Source of the DNA: Octopus sinensis
Taxonomy: Eukaryota
DNA: 62,846 nucleotides
Direction: 5' to 3'
Assembly (NCBI RefSeq): GCF_006345805.1
Contig: NW_021832135.1
Coordinates: 1-62,846, forward strand
Of this stretch, positions 36,678-49,630 are shown piece after piece. Within the stretch, counting starts at the first letter, position 1, and every line of letters begins with the position of its first letter. The position numbers and the translations under genes are program-made. The notes beneath the pieces are model-generated. The model was given only the letters and a program-made list of their open reading frames with translations, was not told the origin of the DNA and ran no database searches.

Positions 36678-37370
36678 ATATGTACATGCGTGTATATGTT
36701 TGTGTGTCTGTGTTTGTCCCCCAACATCGCTTGACAACTGATGCTGGTGTGTTTACGTCCCTGTAAATTAGTGGTTCGGCAAAAGAGACCGATAGAATAA
36801 GTACTAGGCTTACAAAGAATAAGTCCTCTGGTTTATTTGTTCGACTAAAGGCGTTGCTCCAGCATGGCCGCCGTCAAATGACTGAAACAAGTAAAAGAGT
36901 AAAGAGAGTATGGTCTAGTCCTCGTAGCGGTGTGGTAATTTGTGAGCTTCAATGACCCCTAGATGTAACCAAGCGGAGTTCAAGCTCCTGGTATGGCGCC
37001 ACATACTGCTAGGTCAGAGGAGAGAGGCCAGACTACTTTCTAGATGTAAAAAGGGGTCTCCATAAGGCCAGCCCCCTTATTATAAAACAAAACAGAAAGT
37101 TACAGAAGCAACGATGACATTTCAAGACCAGTAAAATTTAGAAAAGAAGGCCTTACTTTAGGGGTTTCTCCCTATCTTACTGAGGGAGTGGCCTTGAAGA
37201 TAGCCCACTGTCGAGAACAATGGGGAAGAGTCGTCGATGGCCTATAGTTCGTAGAGAATGAAGGGCTTAAGCGACGCTGTGTGGTTCTGGGTTCAGTTCC
37301 ACTGCGAGGCAACTTGGGAAGTTCTACTATAACCTCGAGCCTATTCGGCTGATGGAAACTGAAAGAAGCC

Positions 37371-37411
<41 letters not shown>

Positions 37412-37965
37412 TATATGTGTGTGTGTGTTTGTATCTGTATTTGTCACCCGCTACTGCTTGACAACCAGTGTTCGTGTGTTTACGTCTCTGTGACTTAATG
37501 GTCCAGCAAAAGAGACCGATAGAATAAGGACCAGGCTAAAAAAAAGAAGTTAAGCCCTGGGGTTGAGTCATTTGGCTAAAAAAAAATCTCCAAATCGGTG
37601 CCCCAGTATGGCCGCAGTCTAATAATAGAAGCAAACAGAAGAAACATGAAGGCAGCGGCTTAGTAGAATCGTTTGCTCTTCGGAGCAAAAAGAAGCTCAG
37701 AGGAATTTCTTTTGGTTCTTTACATTTAAAGTTCAAATTCCACCGAGGTCAGCATTGCCTTTCATTCTTTCGGGATCAATAAAATAAATTCCCAGTCAAT
37801 TAAAGGGGTTAATGTAATCGCTTTCTTCTTTCCCTCAAAATTGCCGGTCTTGTACCATATTAGAAAGTATTACTATTTAGCAGTGGTTCCCAAACTGGGG
37901 TCCGCGGTCCCCTGGTGGTCCACAAAGGTTGTACCGGGAATCAGTAAACTAAATTTGAAATTTCA

Positions 37966-38034
<69 letters not shown>

Positions 38035-38304
38035 TTATTTATTGCCCACAAGGGGCTAAACATAGAGGGTCAAACAAGGACAGACAAAGAGATTAAGTCG
38101 ATTATATCAACCCCAGTGCGTAACTGGTACTTTATTTATTGACCCCGAAAGGATGAAAGGCAAAGTCGGCCTCGGCGGAATTTGAACTCACAACGTAACG
38201 GCAGACGAAATACCGCTAAGCATTTCGCCCGGCGTGCTAACGTTTCTACCAGCTCGCCGCCTTAGCCAGCACGCCGCCTTAGCCAGCACGCCGCCTTTCG
38301 AGGC

Positions 38305-38985
38305 CTGAATTTCGAACAGAATTTCCAACGCGCTTGACAGTGACACAGATTCGTGGTAAGTTCGAAACACATGCTACCGTATACAAAAGAGAAAATCCGG
38401 CTGACCTCGTACAGTAACGAGTGCTGCCTCCCCGGGTATGGCGTTGGATAATTTTCAGGCCCTCATCACAAGAGATAGAAATTAACGCTTCAAGCATATG
38501 GCACATTCCTAAAAGAGCTAAATGGAATGTTTACGTTGCAAGATTATTTCAATTAACGATGACGATCCTGATCAAAGAATCGAGTTTTGTGAGAACTCGT
38601 AGTTTTAACACATGGTAGACGAGGATGAAAAGTTTGCACAGACGATTGTGTGTTGAGATGAAATACAGTTTAAGCTAAATGAAACAGTGAACGGGCATAA
38701 TTGTGCTTACTGGGCATCAGAAATCTCTTGTTTGTTGGTGGACAACATTGTTAATTCACCGGTAATTAAAGTCTGGTGTGGAGTATTATCAACGGCTTAA
38801 TAGAACTATTTTTCTTTGAAGGTATTTTCACTAGTCAAGCGTACCAAGACATACTACGCACGTTCATTTTACCTGTCATACACACACACGTTATAGAAAG
38901 TACAAATTTTTCTTTCAACAGACTGCGCATCACCCTATTACTGCTGAGCATGCGCACTAACCTGGATAGGAATTTTCAAGGATAG
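38305..38985 (+). pseudogene. Degraded Tc1/mariner-superfamily transposase (rosa/DD41D-, DUF4817-like)
   Basis: Frame-shifted motifs LNDDDPDQRIEFCE, DEIQFKLNETVNGHNCAYWASE, SPVIKVWCG, FFFEG and FFFQQ. Confidence 0.65.
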
Positions 38986-41314
38986 GATGAAGATTTGCCG
39001 TTGGTTTTCCCAAACGTTCTCCTTTTACTTTTAATTATTGTTTGCTCCTTCTCGAGCCATGCCTGGCTCATAAGGGCCGGTTTCCCGGTTTCTTGGCGTA
39101 TAGCTTCCCCACCTGGACGGGACGCCGGTCCATCGCAGGTGAGCTGCAAGATGCAGGAGGAAAGAGTGAGAGAAAGTTGTGGCGAAAGAGTCAGCAGAAG
39201 TTCACCATTACCTTCTGCCGGAGCTGCGTGGAGCTTAGGTGTTTCGCTCATAATGGCTGGATGGCCTCTTGGTTAGGAAGACACACCTTCGAACTAAGAA
39301 TAAATTCTTCATATTTATTTCATTTTTGATGGATGTATTCTTGGTTAGAGAGACACATCAGCGTGTCCAGCTACAGCACTGTGTTCATCGCCCGGTCTGA
39401 GATTCGAATCCACGATCCCTCGACCGCGAGTCCGCTGCTCTAAACACTAGGCCATGTGCCTCCACACTTTTAATTATGGGGCGCCAAAAGGATATCGTGT
39501 ATAGCCGAGAGCCGGCTACACCTGATGGCTCTTCCGGAAGAAATTGGTTGAGCATGTGCAGGAATCCCACGGGACACTTTGGCCAATGTCGCCCAAACAG
39601 CAGTTCACCGTACAAATGGAAGCTAATGACCACCCCGTGAGTATCTCTTGCAATTGTAGAGGTTACAGGTAACTTGAATTAATTCCGTGATGTCTGAATA
39701 TGTTTAGTATTAAACTATTATTACTGTTTTTGTGAAATGTATATGAAAGGTGCAGGTGTGGCTGTGTGGTAAGAAGCTTGTTTCTCAACTATATGGTTCT
39801 GGGTTCATTACCACTGCATGGTATCTCCTACTGTAACCCCAAGACGACCAAAGCCTTGTGAGTAGATTAGTAGACGGAAACTGAAAGAGGCTCGATGGAT
39901 ATATACATATATAGTTGCTTTTTACGTCCCGAGCTCAAATCGCGCCGCCAGGAACAACATTGCTCTTCTTCTTTTTGGTGTCGATAACATAAGCACCAAT
40001 CAAATCCTGGTGTTGATGAAATCGACTGCCCCTCCCCATAAATTTTGTAGATTTGTGCCAAAATTAGAAAGAATTAACATTATTATTAAGGCGGCGGGCT
40101 GGCAGAAACGTTAGCACGCCTGGCGAAATGCCGAGCGGTATTTCGTCTGCGTTACGTTGTGAGTTCAAATTCCGCCGAGGTCGACTTTGCCTTTCATCCT
40201 TTCGGGGTCGATAAATTAAGTACCAGTTACGCACTGGGGTCGATGTAATCGACTTAATACCTATGTCTGTCCTTGTTTGTCCCCTCTGTGTTTAGCCCCT
40301 TGTGGGCAATAAAGAAATAGGTATTTCTTCTGTCACTACGTTCTGAGTTCAAATTCCGCCGAGGTCGACTTTGCCTTTCATCCTTTCGGGGTCGATAAAT
40401 TAAGTACCAGTTACGTACCGGGGTTGATATGATCGACTTAATCCGTCTGTCTGTCCTTGTTTGTCATCTCTGTGTTTAGCCCCTTGTGGGCAGTAAAGAA
40501 ATAGGTATTTCGTCTGCCGTTACGTTCTGAGTTCAAATTCCGCAGAGGTCGACTTTGCCTTTCATCCTTTCGGGGTTGATTAAATAAGTACCAGTTACGT
40601 ACTGGTGTCGATGTAATCGACTCAATCCCTTCCCCCTAATTTGAGGCCCCGTGCTTCCAGTAGAAAGGATTGTTAAGGTAATAAGTTAGACGGCGAGCTG
40701 GCTGAATCGTTAACACGCCGGGCAAAATGCTTTGTAGTATTTCGTCAGTCTCCATGCTCTGAGTTCAAATTCTGCCGTGGTCGAATTTGCCTTTCATCTT
40801 TTCGGAGTCGATTAAATAAGTACCACTGAAATACTGGGGGTCAATGTAATCGACTTAATTCCTTCCTCCAGTAGAAAGTATTATTAAATATTATTGAGCT
40901 GGCAGAATCGTTAGCATGCTAGGGAAAATGCCTGGTGACATTTCGCCTATCTTTATGCTCTCAGTTCAAATTCCACCAAGGTCGACTTTACCTTTTACTC
41001 TTTCAGTATCGTTAAAATCAGCACCAGTTGAGCGTTGGGATCGATGTAATCGACTTCTCTCCTCCCACGAAATTGCTGGCTTTGTACTAAAATTTGAGAC
41101 TATTATTAAGGCAGAATCGTTAGCACGCCGGACAAAATGCTTAGGGGCATTTCGTCCGCCTTTACGTTCTGCGTTCAAATTCCGCCGAGGCCAATCTTGC
41201 TTTACACCTCTTCTGGGTCGATGGAGTAATGTAACAATCATTTAGATTATATCAACTAATTCTTTTCCTTCAGAATTGCTTACCTTGTGCATAAATCAGA
41301 AACCATTATAAATA

Positions 41315-41881
41315 TTGGGTCGTCCGGAAAGTTCGTGTCGATTTTTAAAGGAAAGAAAAAGGTCAATAAATACTTGCCATTACATTTTTAATCAACCAAA
41401 TATGAACCATTTTGTTGCACAATGCGTCTCCATCTTTCCTTTAACTTGAAAATACCCCCTTCCCAGAATTGAGGTGGTTTCATGGCAAAAAATTCATCAA
41501 GGCATCTTTTTACGTCATCCAAGGAATTGAAATTTTTACCATTAAGACTATTCTGCAGGGGCCTGAATAAGTGGAAATCCGAAGGAGCAATATCTGGTGA
41601 ATATGGAGGGTGGGGTAACACATCCCAGCCGAGCTGCAGCAATTTTTGTCTGGTTCCCAAAGCATCAAAGTGCCGAAAATGAACTTTCTTATCTTCCATT
41701 TTAAAGGGTTACAGAATTAACACATGTTATAGGAACATAAACCTTCTTCCACGAAATGATATCTTTAACTGTGCTCTAAATGGAGGTGTAGTCAAATCCT
41801 ATTTTATGGACTCAACCATGTTCTAAAATAAGTCGAAAGGTAAGCTACTATAAATCGGCACGAACTTTCCGGACAACCCAA
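41315..41881 (-). mobile_element. Internally deleted mariner, second family (567 bp)
   Basis: TIRs TTGGGT(T/C)GTCCGGAAAGTTCGTG(C/T)CGATTT, TA TSD. ORF fuses the N-terminal MEDKKVHFRH to the C-terminal HPPYSPDIAPSDFHLF...WRRIVQQNGSYLVD. Confidence 0.93.
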
Positions 41882-42964
41882 TATTTTCCAGCTGGCGAAT
41901 TGTTAGAATCGTCAGAGCGTCGGAAAAATGCCTTGCGGTATCCATTCTGATTAAGGCGGTGAGCTGGCAGAAGCGTTAGCACGCCCGGCGAAATGCGTAA
42001 CCGTATTTCGTCTGCCGTTGCGTTGTGAGTTCAAATTCCGCCGAGGTTGACTTTGCCTTTCATCCTTTCGGGGTCGATAAATTAAGTACCAGTTACGTAC
42101 TGGGATCGATGTAATCGACTTAATACCTATGTCTGTCTTTGTTTGGCCCCTCTATGTTTAGCCCCTTGTGGGTAGTAAAGAAATAGGTATTCATTCTAAC
42201 TCTTTACATTCTGAATTCGAATCCTGTAAATGTCACCGTTGTCTTTCAACCCTCCAGGGTCGACAAAATATAGCGGCATGGAATAGTCGATTATATCAAC
42301 CCAGGACTTTGTTTTAGCTATTTATTTAATATCGCAATGGGTGAACAATAACGTCGTTGGTTACATCTTTCCCACTGGCAATCGACTGTATATTTCTGAC
42401 GGTGAGATTGACAAGGGACTGTGTGAAATTTTGTGCCAAAAAATATCTAAATATCTCCATGAAATTTCTTTATAAGGTAACAGCTTGTCGGCTTCCTGAA
42501 CGATTCTTATATCCTTTACAAATGTATATTTCTTTATTGCCCACAAGGGGCTAAACATAGAAGGGACAAACAAGGACAGACAAAGGGATTGAATCGACCC
42601 CAGTGCGTAACTGGTACTTTATTTATCGACCCCGAAAGGATGAAAGGCAAAGTCGACCTCGGCGGAATTTGAACTCAGAACGTAACGGCAGACGAAATAC
42701 GGCTACACATTTCGCCCGGCGTGCTAACGTTTCTGCCAGCTCGCCGCCTATCCTTCACAAATGTATATTGACGACTAATATACTCATACATCCATCTATA
42801 CATGCACACGTACATACATACATACATGCATACATACTTATTACTTACATTTGTATATACATACACAGGCATGCATATAAGCATACACATATACGTACAA
42901 CACACACACACATGATAGTTACGATTCCCTTAAACCACATCTTATCATCCTAAAAGAAAAGTAC

Positions 42965-43280
42965 TACCGTGGAACCTCAGTTTACGAACGCCTACCATTA
43001 CGAAAAAATCGATTTATGAGCACGTTTTCGTGCATAGAATGTCTCGGGTAACGAAATGTGTCCGGAGTAACGAACACGCAAGCCGACAGCAATGGTTGGC
43101 GTGACCAACTGGGAGTATCAGCAGGAGAACGTCAGTTGCTGTCCAGCTTTCGCTCAGTACACATCCTCGTTCGAATTCGCCGTGTTTTGTCTTGAGTTTC
43201 CTATGGGGAAAATCGTTTCGGTTTACGAGCGTTTCGAGTGACGAACGGCTTCCGGGAACAAATTAAATTCGTAAACCGAA
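42965..43280. mobile_element. pogo/Tigger-like MITE, right end truncated
   Basis: TA-CCGTGGAACCTCAGTTTACGAAC start, TTCGTAAACCGA end, (T/G)ACGA(A/G) subterminal repeats. Confidence 0.55.
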
Positions 43281-43291
43281 TAGATGTAATA

Positions 43292-43724
43292 TTTTTTGTA
43301 TTTCTTTACTACCCACAAGTGGCTAAACACAGAGGGGACAAACAAGGACAGACAAACGGATTAAGTCGATTACATCGACCCTAGTGCGAAACTGGTACTT
43401 AATTTATCGACCCCGAAAGTATGAAAAGCAAAGTCGACCTCGGTGGAATTTGAACTCAGAACATAGCGGCAGACGAAATACCGCGTGCTAACGTTTCTTT
43501 ACTACCCATAAGGGGCTAAACATAGAGGGAACAAACAAGGACAAAGAAACGGATTAAGTCGATTATACCGCCCCCAGTGCGCAACTGGTACTTAATTTAT
43601 CGATCCCGAAAGGATGAAAGCAAAGTCGACCTCGGCGGAATTTGAACTCAGAACGTAACGGCAGACGAAATACGGCTACGTATTTCGCCCGGCGTGCTAA
43701 CGCTTCTGCCAGCTTGCCGCCTTT
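43292..43724 (-). mobile_element. SINE B dimer with 16-bp TSD
   Basis: TSD CCGAATAGATGTAATA at 43276-43291 and 43725-43740. Confidence 0.9.
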
Positions 43725-44438
43725 CCGAATAGATGTAATAGTCGGGACAGGAATTCTATATAGTGGTTAACCTGGGGTTAAAAAGCAACACAAGCCAAGT
43801 TACCGAGACTTATTCTACAGAGGGTCCGTGACAAGGGTCGGTAGTGTGGAATGAAAGATGTGAATGAATCTAAAGACGTAGAGCGATGGAAATAAATGTG
43901 AAGAATTTAGTTCTTAGTTCGAAGGTATGTCTTCCTAACCAAGGGGCCATCCAGTGGATCTTTTCGGTTTGACCGGCAATTTAAAAAAATAATTTCCACG
44001 TAACTAAACACTTTTAAACTTCTTATATTGGTAGAATGTGTTTATAAAACATCTTTTTCTCTCTTGAGAAAATGCTATAGTTTGTAAGATATTTGTTGTT
44101 TTCTTTTCTTCAATTTCTGCAATTTCAACCAATCAATGACGTCTATTGAGGTGAAAACATTCTGTGCTGTATGAATATGTCCCTCGTTTAAGAAACAGAT
44201 TGGGTTTATTTACATTTCTGAAGCAAAAAAAAAACCCTAACTAACCCTAACCCTAAAACAGATTGAAATGCAATATATCGATACTAAGGTCATAATTATG
44301 GGTGACAATTTCATATGATACCGCTAGAAAAAACTGCCGTTCAAAGCGAAAAGATTCCATCCAGCCAATATGAAATAAATGTAATAATAAAAAAGCAAAA
44401 CAGATATTTAATACGTACAATTTGGGTGAAAACACCCG

Positions 44439-44444
44439 TTTATT
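44439..44444 (-). terminator. Candidate polyadenylation signal, paralog C
   Basis: AATAAA ~107 nt after the stop; a second AATAAA lies at 44530-44535. Confidence 0.4.
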
Positions 44445-44550
44445 CAACAACAGGTAAGTAAATCAATACGGTTCAGGTTGGCGTTGAGGTTCATCTTTTG
44501 GGGATTTAAGTGTGATAAAAATAAAAGAATTTATTTTTACAAAGTTATTT

Positions 44551-45237
44551 TTAATGACCGTATCCGCCATAGCCACCATAACCACCATGTCCACCATAAC
44601 CGTGTCCAGCCAAACCATGTCCACCAAAGCCGTGTCCACCGAAACCACCGTGACCACCAACACCACCAAAACCACCGTGACCACCAAAACCACCGTGACC
44701 ACCAAGACCACCATGGCCAGCAAAACCTCCATGGCCAAAACCGCCGTGGCCACCAAGACCTCCGAAACCGTGACCACCAAAACCACCGTGACCGAGTCCA
44801 ACTCCATCAAAACCGGGACCGGAAAATCCGCCATGTCCACCTGCAGCGCCGTACACATCAGCGTGCCCAGCTACAGCACTGTGTTCACCACCGTATGCGT
44901 TGTGGCCAGCATGAGCAACAAAGTTTCCATATTTTTCCAACATGTCGTCCTTGTGTTTGTCGTGGTCCTCGTCGTGTTCATGGTGTCCATAGTTGTCCAC
45001 GTGATCGTGTTCATGGTTGCGGTAACCGACGTCGTAGGCGGCTTTCACGCCATGTTCACCGTGTTCAGCGTAGGCGTTGTTTGCTACGTGTTCAGCAGAA
45101 GCTACACCATGGTGGGCTTCATCGTGGCCTGCTTTTCCATAGTGTTCACCATAGTGTTCACCGTGGGGTATTACTGAACTGTTTACCAAAAGGAAGACGG
45201 AGGCGAAAACAGCCAGGGCAAGAATGGACATGTTCAT
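44551..45237 (-). CDS. Secreted His/Gly-rich structural protein, paralog C (228 aa; GHGGFG-type tail)
   Basis: Intact ORF. First ~125 aa almost identical to A/B; the tail is replaced by Phe-rich GHGGFG/GHGF repeats. Acceptor at 45266-45268. Confidence 0.93.
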   Translation of the reverse strand: MNMSILALAVFASVFLLVNSSVIPHGEHYGEHYGKAGHDEAHHGVASAEHVANNAYAEHGEHGVKAAYDVGYRNHEHDHVDNYGHHEHDEDHDKHKDDMLEKYGNFVAHAGHNAYGGEHSAVAGHADVYGAAGGHGGFSGPGFDGVGLGHGGFGGHGFGGLGGHGGFGHGGFAGHGGLGGHGGFGGHGGFGGVGGHGGFGGHGFGGHGLAGHGYGGHGGYGGYGGYGH

Positions 45238-45399
45238 GATGGCAGTTTATTGAGGACGTGGAGATCTGAAAATAAGGGGAAAAAAATTTGTTAATTAAGG
45301 TGATTATAAGATGCATTAATAATGTTAATTAAAAGATATTCAGGTCCAAAACAACAATTATATCATGGATCAATTATACTATAATATTGGGAGAATAAT

Positions 45400-45819
45400 G
45401 TTTTCTTTATTGCCCACACAAGAGGCTATAACATAGAGGGGACAAACAAGGACAGACAAACGGATTAAGTCGATTACATCGACCCCAGTGCGTAACTGGT
45501 ACTTATTTAATCGACCCCGAAAGGATGAAAGGCAAAGTCGACCTCGGCGGAATTTGCACTCAGAACGTGACGACAGACGAAATACCTATTTCTTTACTAC
45601 CCACAAGGGGCTAAACACAGAGGGGACAAACAAGGACAGACAAACGGATTAAGTCGATTATATCGACCCCAGTGCGTAACTGGTACTTATTTAATCGACC
45701 CCGAAAGGATGAAAGACAAAGTCGACCTCGGCGGAATTTGAACTCAGAACGTAACGGCAGACGAAATACCGCTAAGCATTTCGCCCGGCGTGCTAACGAT
45801 TCTGCCAGCTCGCCGCTTT
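45400..45819 (-). mobile_element. SINE B dimer with 15-bp TSD in the paralog C intron
   Basis: TSD TATTGGGAGAATAAT at 45385-45399 and 45820-45834. Confidence 0.9.
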
Positions 45820-46594
45820 TATTGGGAGAATAATTTTTGAGAAATTAAACAGACTTTTCACTTTATGTTGTACAATTCGTCTCTATATGTCAGACGAGAT
45901 GGTTGATATTTCTCACTTAAAATCTCCTTATATTGATTTCAAATTTTGGCACAAGGCCAGTAACATCGGAAAAGGGGGTGAGTCTATTACATCGACCCAA
46001 GTGCTAACCTAGTACTTATTTCATCGACTTCTGAAAGGATGAAAGGCAAAGTCGATCTCGATGGAATTTGAAACCTGAATGTAAAAACGGTCGAAATGCT
46101 GTGAAACATTTTACCCGGCGTGCTAGCGATTCTACCAGGTCGTTGCCTATGAGAAGACAAAAAAAAAAAAAGGTCTCCTTATATTACATAATGCTTTCAA
46201 ATTATCTTCGTATTTTTTGATAGCTCAGTCAAAGCACGAACTTCAGAACTTTTGGCTCTGCAAATAATGAAACAAAGTTATTGCTTGTGTAAGTTCGTCT
46301 CTATCTGTGAGGGGAGACGACCGAAGTTGTTAATTTGCAATATTTTCTTTTTATCTTCTGGCGCAAAATCCTTCCACTAAATTCAATATTCTTTGTGAAA
46401 GACTATTTACATAGGCGCAGGCGTGGCTGTGTGGTAAGTAGCTTGCTTACCAACCACATGGTCCCGAGTTCAGTCCCACTGCATGGCACCTTGGGCAAAT
46501 GTCTTCTACTATAGCCTCGAGCCAACCAAAGCCTTTTGAATGGATTTGGTAGATGGAAACTGAAAGAAACCCGTCGTATATATGTATATATATA

Positions 46595-46652
<58 letters not shown>

Positions 46653-48284
46653 CTGTGTTTGTCTCCTGAACATCGCTTGACAACCGATGCTGGTATATTT
46701 TCGTCCCCGTCACTTAGCGGTTCGGCAAAAGGGACCGATAAAATAAGTACTAGGCTGACAAAGAATAAGTCCTGGGGTCGATTTGCTCGACTAAAAGGCG
46801 GTGCTCCAGAATGGCCGCAGTCAAATGACTGAAACAAGTAAAAGAATAACTTCATATATCGTACGGGCTTCACCGTTTTGTACCTTCTTTGACATGTTTC
46901 ATGAGCAAAAAAAAAAACAACAACAAAAAACAAAAACAAACTCTAAAAGTGAAGTGTCTGTACAACATCTATCTACAGTTGTCGCAAACTTTCAGTGTAT
47001 TTTCAGATATGGGTGACAGAGACGAATGCAAACGAGACGAAATTGCAATAACTATAATTATATTGGTTTCAAATTTTGGCACAAGGCCAGCAATTTCGGG
47101 GTCGGGACTGAGTCGATTATGTCGACTCCAGTACTCAATCTTACCGGCCCCGAAAGGCAAAGTCGACTTGGGCGGAATTCGAACTCAGAACGTGATATAC
47201 GAGTTACTATATTCCTGGAGACCACTCGTAAAGCGAAAACTTGTAAATCAGAACAGTAACTTCTCATAATAGCAATGTTATAAATTGTAATTCGTTCAAG
47301 AATAATATTTTAGCTGTAAAATTTATAATACTCGTAAATAAATGGTAATAAAACAACAGGAGAATGTAAAGAATTGTTCATGTAAAGTAAATAGTATACC
47401 AAGATCATTTATAATCGTTTTCTGAATGGCTTTCCCTTGCACTAGACTCGTGCTTACCATCATTTGTAGACACGATCGGCGATTTACAAGCACTCGTAGA
47501 CGGACTTGTAGATTTCTTTTCAAGAAACAAGTCTAGATTTTTTAGCTTAGAAGCTTTTTTTTTTTTCGCTCCCTATAAATTTCTCGGTAACACGCAGAAG
47601 AATTTGTCATGGTAGAAGAAATTTGCAAATTTGCACTTGTTTCAAGATTAGGATCTTGTGCTTGAAAAATGAAACTCGTAAACCCAGAGTCTCGTAAAGC
47701 GGGCCCTCGTAAAGGGAAGCATTAATAAAAAGATCAATTATATGAACAATTTACTTTGCAAAGGTAGAGAAATAGATTACAAAACGAATTTGTATCATAT
47801 GGCTTTCTTGCTACGTTTAAGTTGAATGAATAATACTTCTGAAAAACATTGCGAATATTTCGTTTTTGAATTTGGTTTGCAAGATTCATTACGTGAGTTC
47901 GTATGTTGAAGCATATTCTGTTGTGTCTGGGGAGAGTCATTTTCTTTTTGTGTCTCATAATTTAACACACTCACCGGTAAAATTTCCACTTATTCCTAAT
48001 TTTTATTTTCCTAAAATTTTCGTTGCACCAAGACTATTGAAATGGTTGCAAGACACAACGAAAATTTTAGGAAAATAAAAATAAGGAATAAGTGGAAATT
48101 TTACCTGTGAATGTGTTAAATTATAAGGCGCAAAAAAGAAAATGATTGTAAGGATACCTGTCTGTGTGAATGAAGGCATATCTGAGAGGGCCTCTATGAT
48201 CAGTTTTTGCTATTTATTTTTTCTACCATACCGAGAACAAAAAATAGAAATCATTTATCCCCACTAAAATTTGAACTACAATCT

Positions 48285-48900
48285 ATGTGTTATCTGGATA
48301 TTGACATGAATAATGATGTATCCTTCCATATGCATATCAATAAGTTGGCAATGAAATGCAGGGATGAATTCCAAGAAGTTTCAGAACTAGAGAGCGGAAA
48401 GCCATGGTGGTTCTTAGGAGGACATTTGTCCTAAGCCATTTTGACTAATACTCGCCACAGTTGTCATCACAGAACTCGAAGCAACTGGACGAAGCTACAG
48501 TAAGGTCATCCGAATGCAGCATTTTAACCTCTGGAACAGACTCAAAAGGTTAAGAATCTATTCCTTGGAACGAAGGCGGGAAAGACATGCTATAATATAG
48601 GAAAACCCTGGAAGTACTTGCCCCAGATTTTGGTACTGAAAATCATATCAATGCTATTGCACCCTCATCTGGTGCTAATATGGCTTTCAAAATACGGGAC
48701 CAGACACTGCAATAGCTTGGGATACAAAGCTCCAAAGCGCTATGTTCTCCCGAAAGACTTACGTGACCTACATGGGGTGACTGCAAATGCCTGAAAGGAC
48801 CCGGATGGACCTACTTCACGGCAAGAAAGGTAATTGAAGGCAACAATATCAAGGTCCCTCATTCACCAAATGCCAATTATTAAAGAAGGAAAGATCAATG
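48285..48900 (+). mobile_element. Degraded CR1-type LINE RT/3' fragment
   Basis: Aligns with 25300-25612 (for example GTCCTAAGCCA(T/C)TTTGACTA); many stops. Confidence 0.7.
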
Positions 48901-49041
48901 GTGGTGTCCCACCATTGGTCGTGGCTCTCGAGCAGAAACAAATAAAAGAGTCAAATAGTATTGTGCTCCAGCAAAGGCGGTGCCACAGTGTTGCCGGAAC
49001 TTTGGTTGAAACCAATATAAATATATACGTATATATACATA

Positions 49042-49087
<46 letters not shown>

Positions 49088-49263
49088 GTATAAATGTATG
49101 TATGTATGTATATATATATAATGTATATATATAGTATGTATATTGTATATAGATATATGTATGTATATATGTATATATATATTATATATATATATGTATA
49201 TAATATTATATATATATGTATGTATATATATATATATTATATATATATATATATTATATATAT

Positions 49264-49294
<31 letters not shown>

Positions 49295-49444
49295 ATATAT
49301 ATATATATATTATATATATATATATATATACATATGTTGTTGTTGTTTGTTCCTTCTCTAGCTATGCCTGGCTTATAAGGGCCGGTTTCCCGTTTTCATT
49401 GGCTATAGTAGGTTCCTCACCTGGACGGGACGTCGGTCCGTCGC

Positions 49445-49475
<31 letters not shown>

Positions 49476-49562
49476 TGTATGTATGTATGTACGTTTCTGT
49501 ATATGTATGTATGTATGTCTCCTGTAGTAGGATGGAAGCAACAAGCCAAAGGATCACCTTAC

Positions 49563-49600
49563 CTGTTACTCTCGTGTCAGACGACAAACAGCGAATGATT
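49563..49600 (-). other. Probable non-coding exon 1 of paralog C
   Basis: Minus strand: TATATAAG (49623-49630) ... AATCATTCGCTGTTTGTCGTCTGACACGAGAGTAACAG|GTAAGG. Same TATA-Inr spacing (34 nt) and ATCATTC start as A/B, but otherwise diverged. Confidence 0.6.
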
Positions 49601-49622
49601 GCTGTCCAGTGAAATATACACC

Positions 49623-49630
49623 CTTATATA
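49623..49630 (-). promoter_or_regulatory. TATA box, probable promoter of paralog C
   Basis: TATATAAG 34 nt before TCATTC and ~67 nt before a consensus CAG|GTAAGG donor. Confidence 0.55.

Larger units (their letters stand above)
45266..49562 (-). other. Probable 5'-UTR intron of paralog C (4297 bp)
   Basis: Donor at 49562 and acceptor at 45266-45268. The pairing is inferred: it is the first homologous-looking exon upstream. Confidence 0.55.

Noticed and set aside
40088-40680. CRISPR-like repeat-spacer array
   Set aside because: The whole ~185-bp unit repeats with no unique spacers; these are eukaryotic SINE multimers.
44233-44256. Telomeric (CCCTAA)n
   Set aside because: Only about three imperfect units inside an apparent interspersed repeat.
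44478-45239. 253-aa plus-strand ORF (and the similar ORFs at 44512-45177, 12097-12536, 27420-27914, 11620-11877)
   Set aside because: Antisense or alternative-frame shadows of the His/Gly genes. The GGT/CAC-rich codon usage simply lacks stops in other frames, and they have no promoter, signal or splice support.
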